From Phoronis australis (taxonomy: Eukaryota; Animalia; Phoronida): a DNA stretch of 64,000 nucleotides. Made by a program: the position numbers and the translations under genes. This document shows, in pieces, positions 1-12,186 of this stretch (its first letter is position 1; every line of letters starts with the position of its first letter). The notes under the pieces were generated by a model that was given only the letters and a program-made list of their open reading frames with translations, did no database searches and was not told the DNA's origin. The stretch covers positions 124,001 to 188,000 of the forward strand of contig NMRA01000687.1 in NCBI GenBank assembly GCA_002633005.1, in the 5' to 3' direction.

Positions 1-3000
1 TTTCCGATTATGAATTACAATGGTTGGTTTATTGTGAATTCTTTTATAACACTTATAAGTACAAAGTGAATTCAGTTACTTCAGAACTAGTTAAACAATG
101 TTGTTATCCCAACCCGTAAGGCTCGTGTTTTTCCATAAATCTTTAGTAAAAAAGTAATTTATCAGACTTGATACTCTTCTTCGGAGTGAAAACTTTTTAA
201 GTGAGGAAATGGGGCAGAAATTCATTTGATAAACCGAAAGTAATTTTTTGTTTAGGTTTCTTAAGTGGAATTTTCAAGTGGCCTATATTAACCGAATATG
301 ATTAGTAGCATGCTTGTTGAAAATATGATCGTGGTTTAGTCTCCCTGAAATAGACTCTTTGGTTTCTCGTAGGTCATTCTAATATTTTTGTGAATGTGTC
401 TTAAAACACTCTCAAATTGTCATGAGATAGAACATGAATTTGACAATTTATTTAGTGCTCTGGTACTTAGTTATTGATACAAAAATGAAGGCGATAATAA
501 TTACAATAATAATAACAACAACAATAATAATAATAATATGTATTCCTGCTGACGGCCGAAATTCGAGTATATTTGTCGCTCCTATTAAGTTGGCAGGCAT
601 TGACTCTATCTGCTCTTTTGCTAATGACATTAATAATTACAGTCTAGTTTATGACACCGGCCTAACCATACATTGGTCAACAGAAGGGATTTTATATTAC
701 AATTGAATAAACAAACCATGGTAACTTATTTCTGTGATATTAGTCCAGGCAAATTTGGTGGAATTCATAATACTGGTGAATTGTTGTGTAATAATGCAAA
801 AAATATGATTGGTTAAAAAAATTGGATTTACTTCCCCTAAATTTCACGTGGGAATGGCACTATTAATATTAAAACTAGAGTTTAATCTGACAGTGTCAAT
901 ATTTAGTTAGTTAGCAAACATAAGAATTTGTCACTTGCCAATGATTTAATATACGTTTTTAAATATGTATTTTTCTGTATAATTTAACAGAACCTAGTCT
1001 TGGTGGTATTTTTATATTTTTGTTATTTGATTAAGGCAAAAATACCATAATTGATTGTAGTCTTTTTTAAATCGACACGATGGTGTGATATTTTTAGTTG
1101 CCCATATTTCTGCAAAAAGTCCCATCAGTGATGCCATCTGAAGTGATCATGATCCTTCCTCTCTCTCCAGGGCCACCAGATGACAAATGAAATGGCTTGA
1201 GATTCTTCTTTTCTGGGGTAAAGACCAGATCCAATTATGCTGTATTTTAGACTTTCTGACCTATTACCTAATAATAGTTTATGTTTTTTTTTATACTTGT
1301 ATTCAGAGGATAAATTTGCTTCACCATTAATAATTTGCTGATACTTCTTGACTGTGTTAACAGAGTTTCTCTGAGTTGTACAGCCACTAAGTGTCGTGCT
1401 GCAGTTTTTGCAAATTAAAAAATTAACAAATCCATTTGATAATTGAATTGAATTAATAATTTCCCTTCGGTGCCTTCACTTGTCATGTCTCTTGGGTATT
1501 ACTTGTAAAGGTGACATTCATCTTGTGGTATTTTTCCGAAACGTTTTCGTCACCTGTAGTTACGCACAATGTTGGCCTATCGATTTGTGATAGTTTTTGG
1601 TATTTCCCACTTGAGATGCATGTTTCTGGTCTGGTGTGTTTGTTACAGGTAAATTAAGGCAACTTAACTCCGGAAATTATGTGGTGATGCTGAAGTTCTT
1701 CGTGAATTGTCAGCATTTTTACATATGATCTTCAGATGATTGTCAAATGTATTCATCATAATTTTGCTTTGTTTTGTTATGAATTGCCTTTCACCGTAGC
1801 TTAAATCATTTGCCATGTGTAGAGCCTGTTCTCACAGCCGTCTTTGTAAAATCTGTGTTCTTGTAATGAAAGAGGTGATCAGGAAGTAAATGTAGTTTGG
1901 CTGTTCTTTTTGCGCTTTTAATGGCGTCCCTTCATGTTTGTTTGCTTTCCTGGAAGAAACTTTTTTGACTGCTTGTACTGTATGTTGAGAAGTGCAGGTC
2001 TTTCCTAACTTTTAATATATGGGGTAACCCGGCCTGCTATGTTTCATCTGTTCCATGCATGCATTCACAATGAGAGCGCTTGGCGATGCTATTACTGCAG
2101 GGATGTAAATATTCACTGTCAAAATATAGATGTCTGTACATCTACACAGTTGGGACTTCTTTGCATGCATTTATAATGCTCTTCTGACCGACCGACTTCC
2201 CTGTATACATTTATAATTCACTTCTGAGGGACCCCTCCACCGTTAATGTTGGTGTCAATGCCTGGATGAATTCAATATTCTGTCTGTTCTTCATTTTTCA
2301 CCTTTACCTCTTTGCTTTAATGTTGTGACGGGGTCAAGGTTGTTTTGTTCAAGAAAGTGCTATGAGGTTTTTTATCGCCTCGCTGATTGCACTCGCTAAA
2401 CCCGTCTGTAATTATCTGAAACTGGTGTCTGGTGTTTACGTGGCATGATTATTGGGCTCTTTTTTTAAATCGGGCACGCGCTCCCCAATGAGAAATGCAA
2501 TCGATGGGTATTTGGTGCGATCAATGGGTATTAGGTGCGCGGAAGGCATGTTTGTCACATTTGAGCGCGTTGACCTGCGTTCTCGCTCGTGATTGGTTGG
2601 ACGGTGCATGTCAGCAGTGTCTTGCCGATAAACTGTATGAATCAAACATTTTGATGGAATTGCACCAGCACATTATGTAATTGTTTCTGATATATTATAA
2701 TGGTTAATTTTTAAATGTTATTCTTAGCAATGTACTATATTCTGTAACAGTATAAAACTTGCGCTTTTTGTCAAAAAAGAACAACTTTTGATTTAGGCCA
2801 CTTTATGTGATTTGAAGTTTTATGAGCTTGGTGTAAAGAAATAGCAAAGTGCGTGTTCTTGCTGAGCCTAGAGATCACTTTTGTCCTAAGAATTGTTACC
2901 AACGGTAACTGGTCTAAATTTTAACAGAAACTACTCTAGTTGATGCTACCACTATAAAGTCATCCCAGAAATATTTTTTTAAATGTTATGTTCGTCTGCT

Positions 3001-4350
3001 TTTTTACTGTTTGCTTATTCAATTTTGGACAAAATGATTTGAAAAAAATTGTAATTTCCCTTTTTTATGGCCTACCTACATTCTCAAAATGCGCAAAGAT
3101 TCCTTTTATGATTGCTAATATGAGAAAAAAACATGCTTATGACGAAGAAGAATTTTCCCAGTTTTTATTGTCGAGGAATTCTGCAACTAAATAAAATTCC
3201 ACATGAGCACCATGTTGTGTCCTGAATTGAAATTATTTAGCAGAGTTAATTTTCGTTGGGATTAATTTTAATTAAATTGGTTTCTTTTGCCTTGTTTTAT
3301 TTTACTTTCTCCTGGCCGTCTTCCAAAGTACCTCAGTTATAATCTCATTTTTATTTGCAAACAAAATTTTTAATGATGTGTTGATGAGGATTGTTTGAGT
3401 TTTTTTTTCAAGACTATATTTGACTCACCTTATTTACTCAATATCGTAAGATTTATTAAAACTTCACGGAGTATACCTGTAAAAATTCATGGAGCATACC
3501 TGTACAAATTCTGTAAGGTGTTGTCAGTTTCCGCTAAACTTGTCGGTTTTGTAAAAAAGTGAATATCACAGATAAAGTGGAAATTAATATTCATGGTTTC
3601 TGTTGTCTTGCGGGTTAATGTCCATTTTTAGATTAATACACAACCTCAAAATTTCTTAATTTTCACTTGTTAACGCCCACGCTCATCTCTGGCCTACCGC
3701 TCACTTCTATTTAAAATTTTCTTAGTCACTGCTTGTCTCAATCGAATTGTATGTCCCGAAGGTACTTGTACAGTAAAATGTCACGATGTAGGACACAATA
3801 TGGCCTACGAGGGTTATGCTTTTTTCTCGTTTTCTCCTTGAAAAATATGTCGCAGCAAATTGATGCTTTCCCATGACCAAGCCCTTCTGTTCCGTGGCTA
3901 GCATCCTTTCGGACAACATTTTGAAAAATTACGAGCTGTCAAAACAGTGTTATAAGATCTCGAAAAATGAAAAAGTGTCAATTTTAGCAATTATTTTTGT
4001 CAGAAATTGGTGAGGTTTTATCGTAATCTCCTACCATCTCTCCTAATCTTGCATGCTAGTCTGGTACTTTGTTTAATGCCCAACCCCTTTTCAAAGTTTG
4101 TGAACACCCATGGTTGGCACAACACCCACCCCTCTGATTTGTTTGTTCCCCTGGGCTTAAATCCCGAAGAGCACATGTGGTCTAATAGTTCTCACTTGCT
4201 TGACACTTAAACATTTTATTTATAATCTGATAGAAGATTTTTTCACCTGTAAAAATAAACATCAATTTAATTATGATCTCAGATACTAACAAGCTCACAA
4301 TCAATGACTGTGTGTGTTCTTTACTGTCTGGACTGTTTGTGACGTGATGC

Positions 4351-4714
4351 TTTTCTGTTCATATCCTTGTGGTGCTTCTAGATCAAAAGCAAAGTGCTGA
4401 TAAAAACCAATTATGTATGAAAAAAAACGAGCGAGCCTGGACAATGAAAGTGAAAAATATGTTTACCTTAAACGATCTTATCATCTTGAAGAAGTGAAGG
4501 TCGGGCGAGGGACACAGAAACTACTGTATTTATTTTCTGTTCATATCCTTGTAGTGCTTCTAGATCAAAAGCAAAGTGCTGATAAAAACCAATTATGTAT
4601 GTAAAAAAATGAGCAAGCCTGGACAATGAAAGTGAAAAATATGTTTACCTTAAACGATCTTATCATCTTGAAGAAGTGAAGGTCGGGCGAGGGACACAGA
4701 AACTATTGTATTTA
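4351..4714. repeat. Tandem duplication, 2 x 182 bp
   Basis: 4351-4532 and 4533-4714 differ at about 5 positions. Confidence 0.95.
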
Positions 4715-7700
4715 AATAATTAAAAAATTATTCATAGCACAGAAGCCTCAGCCTTTTTATTTCGTTTTGTTTTTTATATAAAATATGTTACACAATTTAC
4801 TAAAGCATTATTTTCCATAGTTTTGGGAGAAGTTGTTTATTGTTGGAAGTGACCGCCTACTTTTTGTATATTTCCTCTCTCGCAATGTAATCTTAACTTG
4901 AATCTGCCCCAAATACGTTCAAGAAATGCCAATGGAAATGCGCAATCCTGTTTTATCCAACTCGGTTCAAATAACACTCGTATAAAGAAGTGTTGGGTTA
5001 TTGTGTGAGCACAATAAGAGATGTGCCTGGCATCTTATTATTTCGGTCAAATATTGCCTAGAGCAGTGATCAATGGCTGACACGAGACTAGTGGAGCCCT
5101 CTGGGAAAATGATCTCCTCGAGATTATTTGCCGAGATGAAATGGAGGTGGATCAAAAAAATGGCTGGTGGGTGGAACAAACACATTACCGAGCAAACGTT
5201 TATTGTTTCATTCAATACACCGTTACATCTACCATTTAGAAAAGGTAAAAACCGTGACTAAATTAGTCTCACTTTGTGGAGACAACAAAAATTCTTTTCA
5301 GCTGATGTGAGATCACGTCTGTCAATCAAAATAATGTGGATTTGAAGTTTTTTTCTTTCAAACCTACTGCAAAATTAATTATCTTATTATTTCCTAAAGA
5401 CAAACAAGGAATGTGAATGTTGTATTTTGATAAAAAGTGTTTCATTTTGTGTTTTAGTATCATGTTGACGCATAGCCATTTGACTGAAGAAGTTTGATTT
5501 GTGACACTGTTAAATTCTCACCCGGGTAAATAACTTGCTTCTGAAAAAAGCTTCTCAAAGCCTCATGCAGTGCCTGATCTTTGAAAACCATTAGTTGTGT
5601 TCGTTCTTTGGGTTGGAACTCTTTTGCTTTGTTTTGCTTTACTTTTCAAGTCAGTGCTCTTACTTACTCATCTTTAAACCATGGACCCACTTAAGTGCAG
5701 TTACAACTCCAGCATGAAAATTCACTACCATTAACTCATTGATTTTTTCATAAATGATAATAAGGACTTCGTAAATAATTGTCGTTTTTAGCTCCATGTC
5801 ACATGTACGGTCAAACAACATTTTTAGAAATTGAGGTCATAATATAAGTTGAGACCAATGGGTGACCGTGTTCAAGCACATAAATTTTTTGTCGTAAAGC
5901 GAAAATCCCGATGAAAATTGACGCTATTGTCAAGAATTGAAGATTTTTGTCAAAAGCCACGGTGAAAATCCAAAAGGGAGTTGAACGAAAAATGACACTA
6001 AAGTTGTTGAAAATTTAACGAAAGTTTTTGCTTCAAAATTCCATCTATTTTCCACGAGAATTATCGTGAACTTTTTAAGACCACCACGTTACGATCAATG
6101 CTGAATGGCGGTTCAACTGCGACATAAATATTTGGTGGTTATATCATACACAAACACGCATTTGTTTTTTAAAAAAGCTTAAAAGTTTTGTATCCCCGTT
6201 CGTTAAAAACGAATTGTAGAAAGAGTATATTAAACGTTCGAACGTTATGAACGACAGGTACGTTTTAATAAGATTTGATTGTGCTTTTCCTCAACCTTCT
6301 AGTTCTGTAGATATGGGGTTAGCTTAACAGACATGTCAAAAAGGTGCTGTACTGTATACTGCTGCGGAAAGATGTTTCATACATGAATGTTGTGTTGACC
6401 TTCAAGGCATCTCATCATTCACTTAAAAATAGTTCCATTGCCATAATTATCATTTTTATTGCCCCCCTCAGCTGAGTGGGTAATCAACTGTTGAAACCGC
6501 TGATAAAAGCGTGTCAAGTTTAAAAACCCTTTAACACCTGAGATTCTATCACCATCATTTCACGTTTTGTGTAGTAAAAAATCTTCATTGTGTAACAGAA
6601 TATGGATTTTTTATTTTTGTCAAAACTCTCAGCTAAAGCAAATTTTCTGGAAATTTCACTTAAACAATTATTTTTGTTCCAAACTGAAGTTTGTTTCCTT
6701 AAACTGGATTTCGAATTGTTCTTTTATTTTCAAATTTTCAAACAAAAGATATCGAGTGGCATCATTGATTCAGTCCCATGTCATATGCATTCTTTTGTGG
6801 AAGTCAGAGCTGGTCTTGTTGAGTCATAAAATTTGTGTGCATCTCTCTAACTGCTATCTCTGTTTAACAATGCAGTGTGCATAAATAAATTGTCTTTACA
6901 AATGGATACAAATGAATTGTATGCAAGAAAGGTCTATCAGGCTGTTTCCATCACCTGGTAAAGCAGTGTGCAGTGAAAAGTTTCTGTCTGTGTAGGTTTT
7001 AGTCAAAATTATTTCCAATGGTCAGTCCGTTGCCCAGCAGGTGGCAAGTGGGAAATGTATTGACTTATTTAGCTTGTGACAGACAGCTCGCTCTCACAAA
7101 CACAAAGAAAAATTTAGAACCCCCAGATATGAAAATAGGAGATATGAAAATAACCTCCAGTGAAAAAACGACAACTTAAATTGCTAATAAACGTATTTCA
7201 TAGCCTGGGTATATGAATTTAAATTCCGCTTTTTTATCCTTTGCAAAAACGTTAGAGAAGTCCTAAGATTTGTTTAATGAAGTCGTTTGAATAGGAGCAC
7301 AACCCACAATTTCAAATTATCCTGGCTGTTTTTATGGAAAAAGAAATAAATTTTGCAACAATTTGACGACAGCATATTGTCACTGACATCATGACTGGCG
7401 TAAAACATAGAATTCAAAATTGATTCTAAGACAGCAAAATTGATTCTTAAATCTTGCTAAAAATTTGAAAACGGAGGTTAAGTCTCCTCGGGCATATGCA
7501 AATCTTTATCTAGTATTGCTAAAAAATTTAATATGGTGAATAAATGGGGCAAAGTCACCTTGGCTGCACGTAAATCTTCATTGTAGGAGCATCTGATGTT
7601 TTCTAGAGAAACAAAGCAAGAATTCATGATCTGATCCGGTCTCATTGCCTTTCATAGCAAACAGCCTAGCCTTTACTCAGTGACACTGTCACTCACAGAA

Positions 7701-7840
7701 TCGAGCCTTGAATTGGACATGGTTTCCGTTCAGTCGATTCTGAAAAATTCGATTCCAACTTCTGAGAAAATATGCATAGTTAGAGCGCACAGCTTATAAA
7801 CATCTTGTAGGGAGCGAAGTCGGAAATAATGGGTATGTTA

Positions 7841-7842
<2 letters not shown>

Positions 7843-7883
<41 letters not shown>
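7843..7883. repeat. (AAT)n microsatellite
   Basis: About 13 perfect units. A degenerate ATA/ACA tract also lies at about 494-538. Confidence 0.95.
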
Positions 7884-7885
<2 letters not shown>

Positions 7886-10809
7886 AGAAGGCAAAAATGA
7901 CAGCACTGGTGATGCAATGACTATACGAGGAACTGATTTTATTGTTGAATGAGGAATTGCTTACTATACAGACCAATTTCGTAGAATTTTGAGCTGCGCA
8001 CAACTTTGCTCATGCATTTTTTTTACTTCCATCGCTGTTTCTACTTGCCCTATGTTTTGTCCAGTTATAGGCAGGTGAAAACAACTGAACTTGACTGAAA
8101 CTAAAGTAGAACAGGCGCCCGTTGCCTGCTAGGTATCGCTTTGTATGTTTAGCGCGAAAAAAAAATCAGCAGGTGTGCTGATTGAGGAGAAAAGTTGAAA
8201 AAAATATCCATCTTTTGGCAGTGCTCAACACGCGTTATTCTTTTGACTATGGAGAAAAACAAGTCAAAGAAAACATTGCACCAGCTGCTCGTAGGGGTCA
8301 CTGGGTGCATTATAAAAATGGTAAATGCAGTAGTGAGGTGTGCAAGCAAGCGTATCACGAACCGGAGCCTGGCGGTGACATGCAAACGCTACGAGATGAC
8401 CAATCAGATGGAGCTGTACATCTATGAGTCACCTCCTGGCAGTCTGTGGGGCGTTGGGCAAATATTGACTAAGTGAGCCACGCAAACACAGTACAATTAG
8501 GTTATTGGTGTTTTTCTTTGAACTGGAGTTTTGTAATGTACATCAGCAGGCTTTCAAGGCTCAGGAGTAAAAAGTTCAAATAATGGATAACGTATGCATC
8601 AGTATAATAGTTATATATATTGCTAACTATAGTCTATATACATGGCATGTTGTAGGGACAGTACACAAGAATACGTAGAAAAATGATTGCCAAAATAATC
8701 ATTGCCCTCGTTTCAAATAATTGAAAATTAACCTGTTTCATGATACAAACCATGCTAGCAACAATAGTCTGTCAACTTTTCTTAATCTTTGTGGAAAATT
8801 TTGAGGAAAAGGAATTTCACCTGTCGGCCATATTGTGCGCTAAATAAAAGAAAAATAGCCGTAGTCGTCACGTGCTGAAGAATGATGTCATAGTAATGAA
8901 AGGTCCAAATAATAGCCGGGGATGCTTCTTTTGGTTGTTACACTTTATATATGCTCAGTTTATCGTATCCAGAAACTTGAGAGTGATAATCGACTGTTTT
9001 GGACAAAAATATGGACTATGGTACAGTCGAGCACATTTAAGTGGGTCCAGTTCAATGTCCATAAGCACATCCTTTAGTAAACAACCAATACGTTATTGCT
9101 CAACAGAATTGTTTCTAGAATTTACACACTTTTTTGCAAAAATCATAGGACTAATATTTCATTGTCACCCGAACGTTCCTTGTGTGTATAGCTTACATGT
9201 GAAGCTGGAAAATGTCAAATTTTGACTAACTGCAGAGCATCATGTCTTATAAATGGCCTAAATTAGAACTTGTTTGATATATAGCACAGGTTTAATGCCA
9301 CTTTAGATGTTTCTCTTTTGCATCAAGCGTTTTCAAAAGTTGGTTTCAGCTCACATTTTATATGAGAAAAATGTCTTCCCTGTTATTGACATAACTGTAT
9401 TTTTCTTTTTTACTAAATTTTACTAAACAGTCTCATGACTCAATCAATGAGAAATAGTTATTCAGCCCAAAGAAAAATTCTACATGGTTATTTACTTAGG
9501 ACAATGTAAGCTTTTACTGAATTCAATTCTATAGTTTTGTACGCTAAATGAACAGAGCAAGGTCAGGTGCGAATGTATCAATAGACTGAGTGCTTGTGCA
9601 CTTGTTAACTTGTTATTTGGGTGTCATGGCAAGAGATAACATAATAGAGAAAGTGTTTTAATACTTGTGCAGTGTCGGCTTTCCTGTACGGAAATATCGT
9701 CACGATGTCGGTTAATTAGCAAAAGCCACAAAGGTGTGAAATTAGATTTATTTGTATTTATTGAATTGTAAATTTTAAGTCCTTGTAATAGGACAGTGCT
9801 TTGAAAGACAAAACTTGGCAGTGTTTGAAAATTAAATTAAAGCTATTTCTCATGCAATGTTGAAGGCCTAGTTTTTTGTGTATTATTTTTTAGTTTTACT
9901 GACAGACTTTCTTCTTGAAATGAACTTCACACGCTGAAGATTGGGACATGGGGTAATTGTGGTACATTTCTCGAATATCAGGCAATGCATTTTGTATGAA
10001 CAAAGTCTTGAGATAAAATGACGGGAAATAGCTTCCATTGCAGAATTCAACTTTCTCATGATGATTCTTGAATTTGGGACGGTCGATATTGTCCATTTTT
10101 AAAATTTGGAACAAGCTTCGACCTTGAGCAAAATAATTAAATTATTAGTGTCTCAAGAATTTAACCTTAATTGTTTGTATTTCCTGAATTTTGTTGTTCT
10201 CTCATAGTCTATACATCTCTAAGAGTGAGAGACTATATAACCATAAATGTTTAAGTAAGCAATTAGTTGTAAAATTTGTACAATTAATATCAGCATTATT
10301 GTACATTAGTTTATTTCCTAAATATAAAGCTGTTCCTCGTCAACATGGTGATGAAACCCCTAAAGAGGGATTAAATGCAGTTTTCGTTAAGCTGAGTGCT
10401 TTTCTCTACAGAGGGTACACTGAAGCTCTGTTAAATCTCAACACATAACACCACAAACAGTATGAAAAGGAGATCTGTGGGGTATATTTTGTGTCATTTA
10501 GTTGTCGTAATGTTTCTCCAGTTTACAACACCACATGGCAGTTGAGCAAAAGGTTATTTTGTTAAACTTTCAACAAAAGTGGGAAGAAATGATTTATATA
10601 GTTTATTTTGTACATTTGTCGTTAACAAACAAACACACAATGAAATGAGTGCATTTTTAGGAATTCGATGAGCTTTTAAATAATAATGTAAATGACAGTT
10701 TTCACAATTTATTTTGTTAGAATTTGAGGAAACTTAAGAATATTTTTGTATACTTTTTTGATGAGTAGGTCTAGTAAAAACTAAAAGACGTAACTTTTGA
10801 TCGTTGAAG

Positions 10810-10962
10810 GAATTGGCAGCTGAAATCATTCTTACCCTTGGTGAAGCTTTCGAAGTTGCCTACCAGGTGGCGCTGAAGGAGAAGGCAGCAGCGTCTGCAC
10901 TAGAATTTGAAAGGAAGCTAAGCGAGTCTGGTGCCAGCTCATCAGGAACCGGAACTCTCTAG
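10810..10962 (+). CDS. ANKS1: Last coding exon of an ANKS1A/ANKS1B (Odin/AIDA-1)-like PTB-domain protein (ELAAEIILTLGEAFEVAYQVALKEK...GTGTL*)
   Basis: Hand translation, too short for the ORF track. Matches the recalled ANKS1 PTB C-terminal helix LAYEIILTLGQAFEVAYQLAL. AG acceptor at 10808-10809, TAG at 10960-10962. Earlier PTB exons were not found in the window. Confidence 0.85.
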   Translation, partial: ELAAEIILTLGEAFEVAYQVALKEKAAASALEFERKLSESGASSSGTGTL

Positions 10963-11847
10963 TGTTGGAGAGGTAATTCTTGTAACGCTTCCTTTCCATG
11001 GGATGGCAGTAGATGTGTTAAAGAATTTATCTTGCATTGAAGTTGGCCATTTGTCACGTGACTGTTCGATGTAGTGCTCAATATAACTTGTTGTAGGTAG
11101 ATCGCCGGCGTTGAAAAAAAGAAAAACATCAGCTTTGTCAATTAGTTTTATTGGAAATAACCTAAGAATTGCAATTATTACTTCAGTGTTATGGGGTTTT
11201 TGTTCTAAAACCTTAGATTTGGGATTTAAAGTTATATTGAGCTGTACTTTGCTGCGTCAAAAATGACCAACTTTAATATAATATCAGAATGAAGTGGATT
11301 AAGCCCAAGTCAAAATATTTGACATTCTCCTTATTAAGCAAAAATTGATTAAAAATATTTGACACTCCCCATAGGATTAAACGGGATATCCCAAGGTAAT
11401 AGTCGTGTTACCAACACAACTTTAAATAATGGCGGATTTTTTTATGGCTAGTGTTTCTGAATTGCCAAGTTCTGTGGATCTGATCAATGCCCCCATTGAA
11501 TCGTTTGTTGCCGACGACCTCATTTTGTATTTGTTTACATTTTCCCCTGCCACTGGGAAGACATATTTGTTCAGTCACACTTGCATTGTCACCTTTGTCA
11601 GTGACACCTCATGGCGAACAATGGAACCGTGTTTTATGAGGGTCAGCCAGAACAATGGCAGCTCAGTCGATAACCATTTCCGTGCCTTATCAAGTGGTTG
11701 TTCCAATTACCTTACAGAGTTTGTCTGCGTCACCACTCCATTTTTCCTGGCCTCTGGTATTGTGTGTTATTCAAACATTTTATTCTACTGTTTGTGTGTA
11801 TACAATGACAGATAGATTGTGGATGTTTGACAAAAGTTACATTTTAG

Positions 11848-12186
11848 TTAAATCTGAATTTCTCTGTATTCAGATGGCTAAAAATGAGAATCACTGAATT
11901 TAGGCCTTTGATCTCACAAAATTGGTCTCAAAATATTTACCATGATAGGATAATTTTCAATATTAACAACAACATCGAAACCATTAGTGACTTAAGAAAA
12001 CGCTTCAGAATTTATTGGGATGGTCAACCCTAAAATTGTGAATTTGAAAATGGCGCACGAACCCATTTCCTGCAGCTTAAGTTGGTATCTAATTAACTGG
12101 AATACTGTCATGGTAAGGATTGTTATGAGATGGATTTTATGAGAACGAGCAGTTTTGTTTTTTGCTGAGGCAAAGTGCAGCTTTAT
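11848..12186. mobile_element. Kolobok-like non-autonomous element (family A), copy 1
   Basis: Interior (...aagaaaacgcttcagaatt...gaaaatggcgca...) is visibly homologous to 26820-26940 and, in reverse, to 29150-29350 and 63740-63960. Ends in GCAGCTTTA. Confidence 0.7.

Noticed and set aside
434-706. ORFs with poly-Ile/Thr runs that look like transmembrane or signal peptides (also 7794-8003)
   Set aside because: They are translations of (AAT)n/(ACA)n microsatellites.
7985-8003. CAAQ peptide resembling the ANKS1 PTB motif SCAAQD
   Set aside because: It is on the opposite strand to the ANKS1 exon and the flanks do not match.
9724-9745. SHKGVKL resembling PTB SYKGVKF
   Set aside because: No supporting flanking residues or splice sites, and the next PTB exon is absent between here and 10810.
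11429-11815. 128-aa ORF with a good start context downstream of the ANKS1 stop
   Set aside because: No recognisable domain or splice support; composition fits a U-rich 3' UTR.
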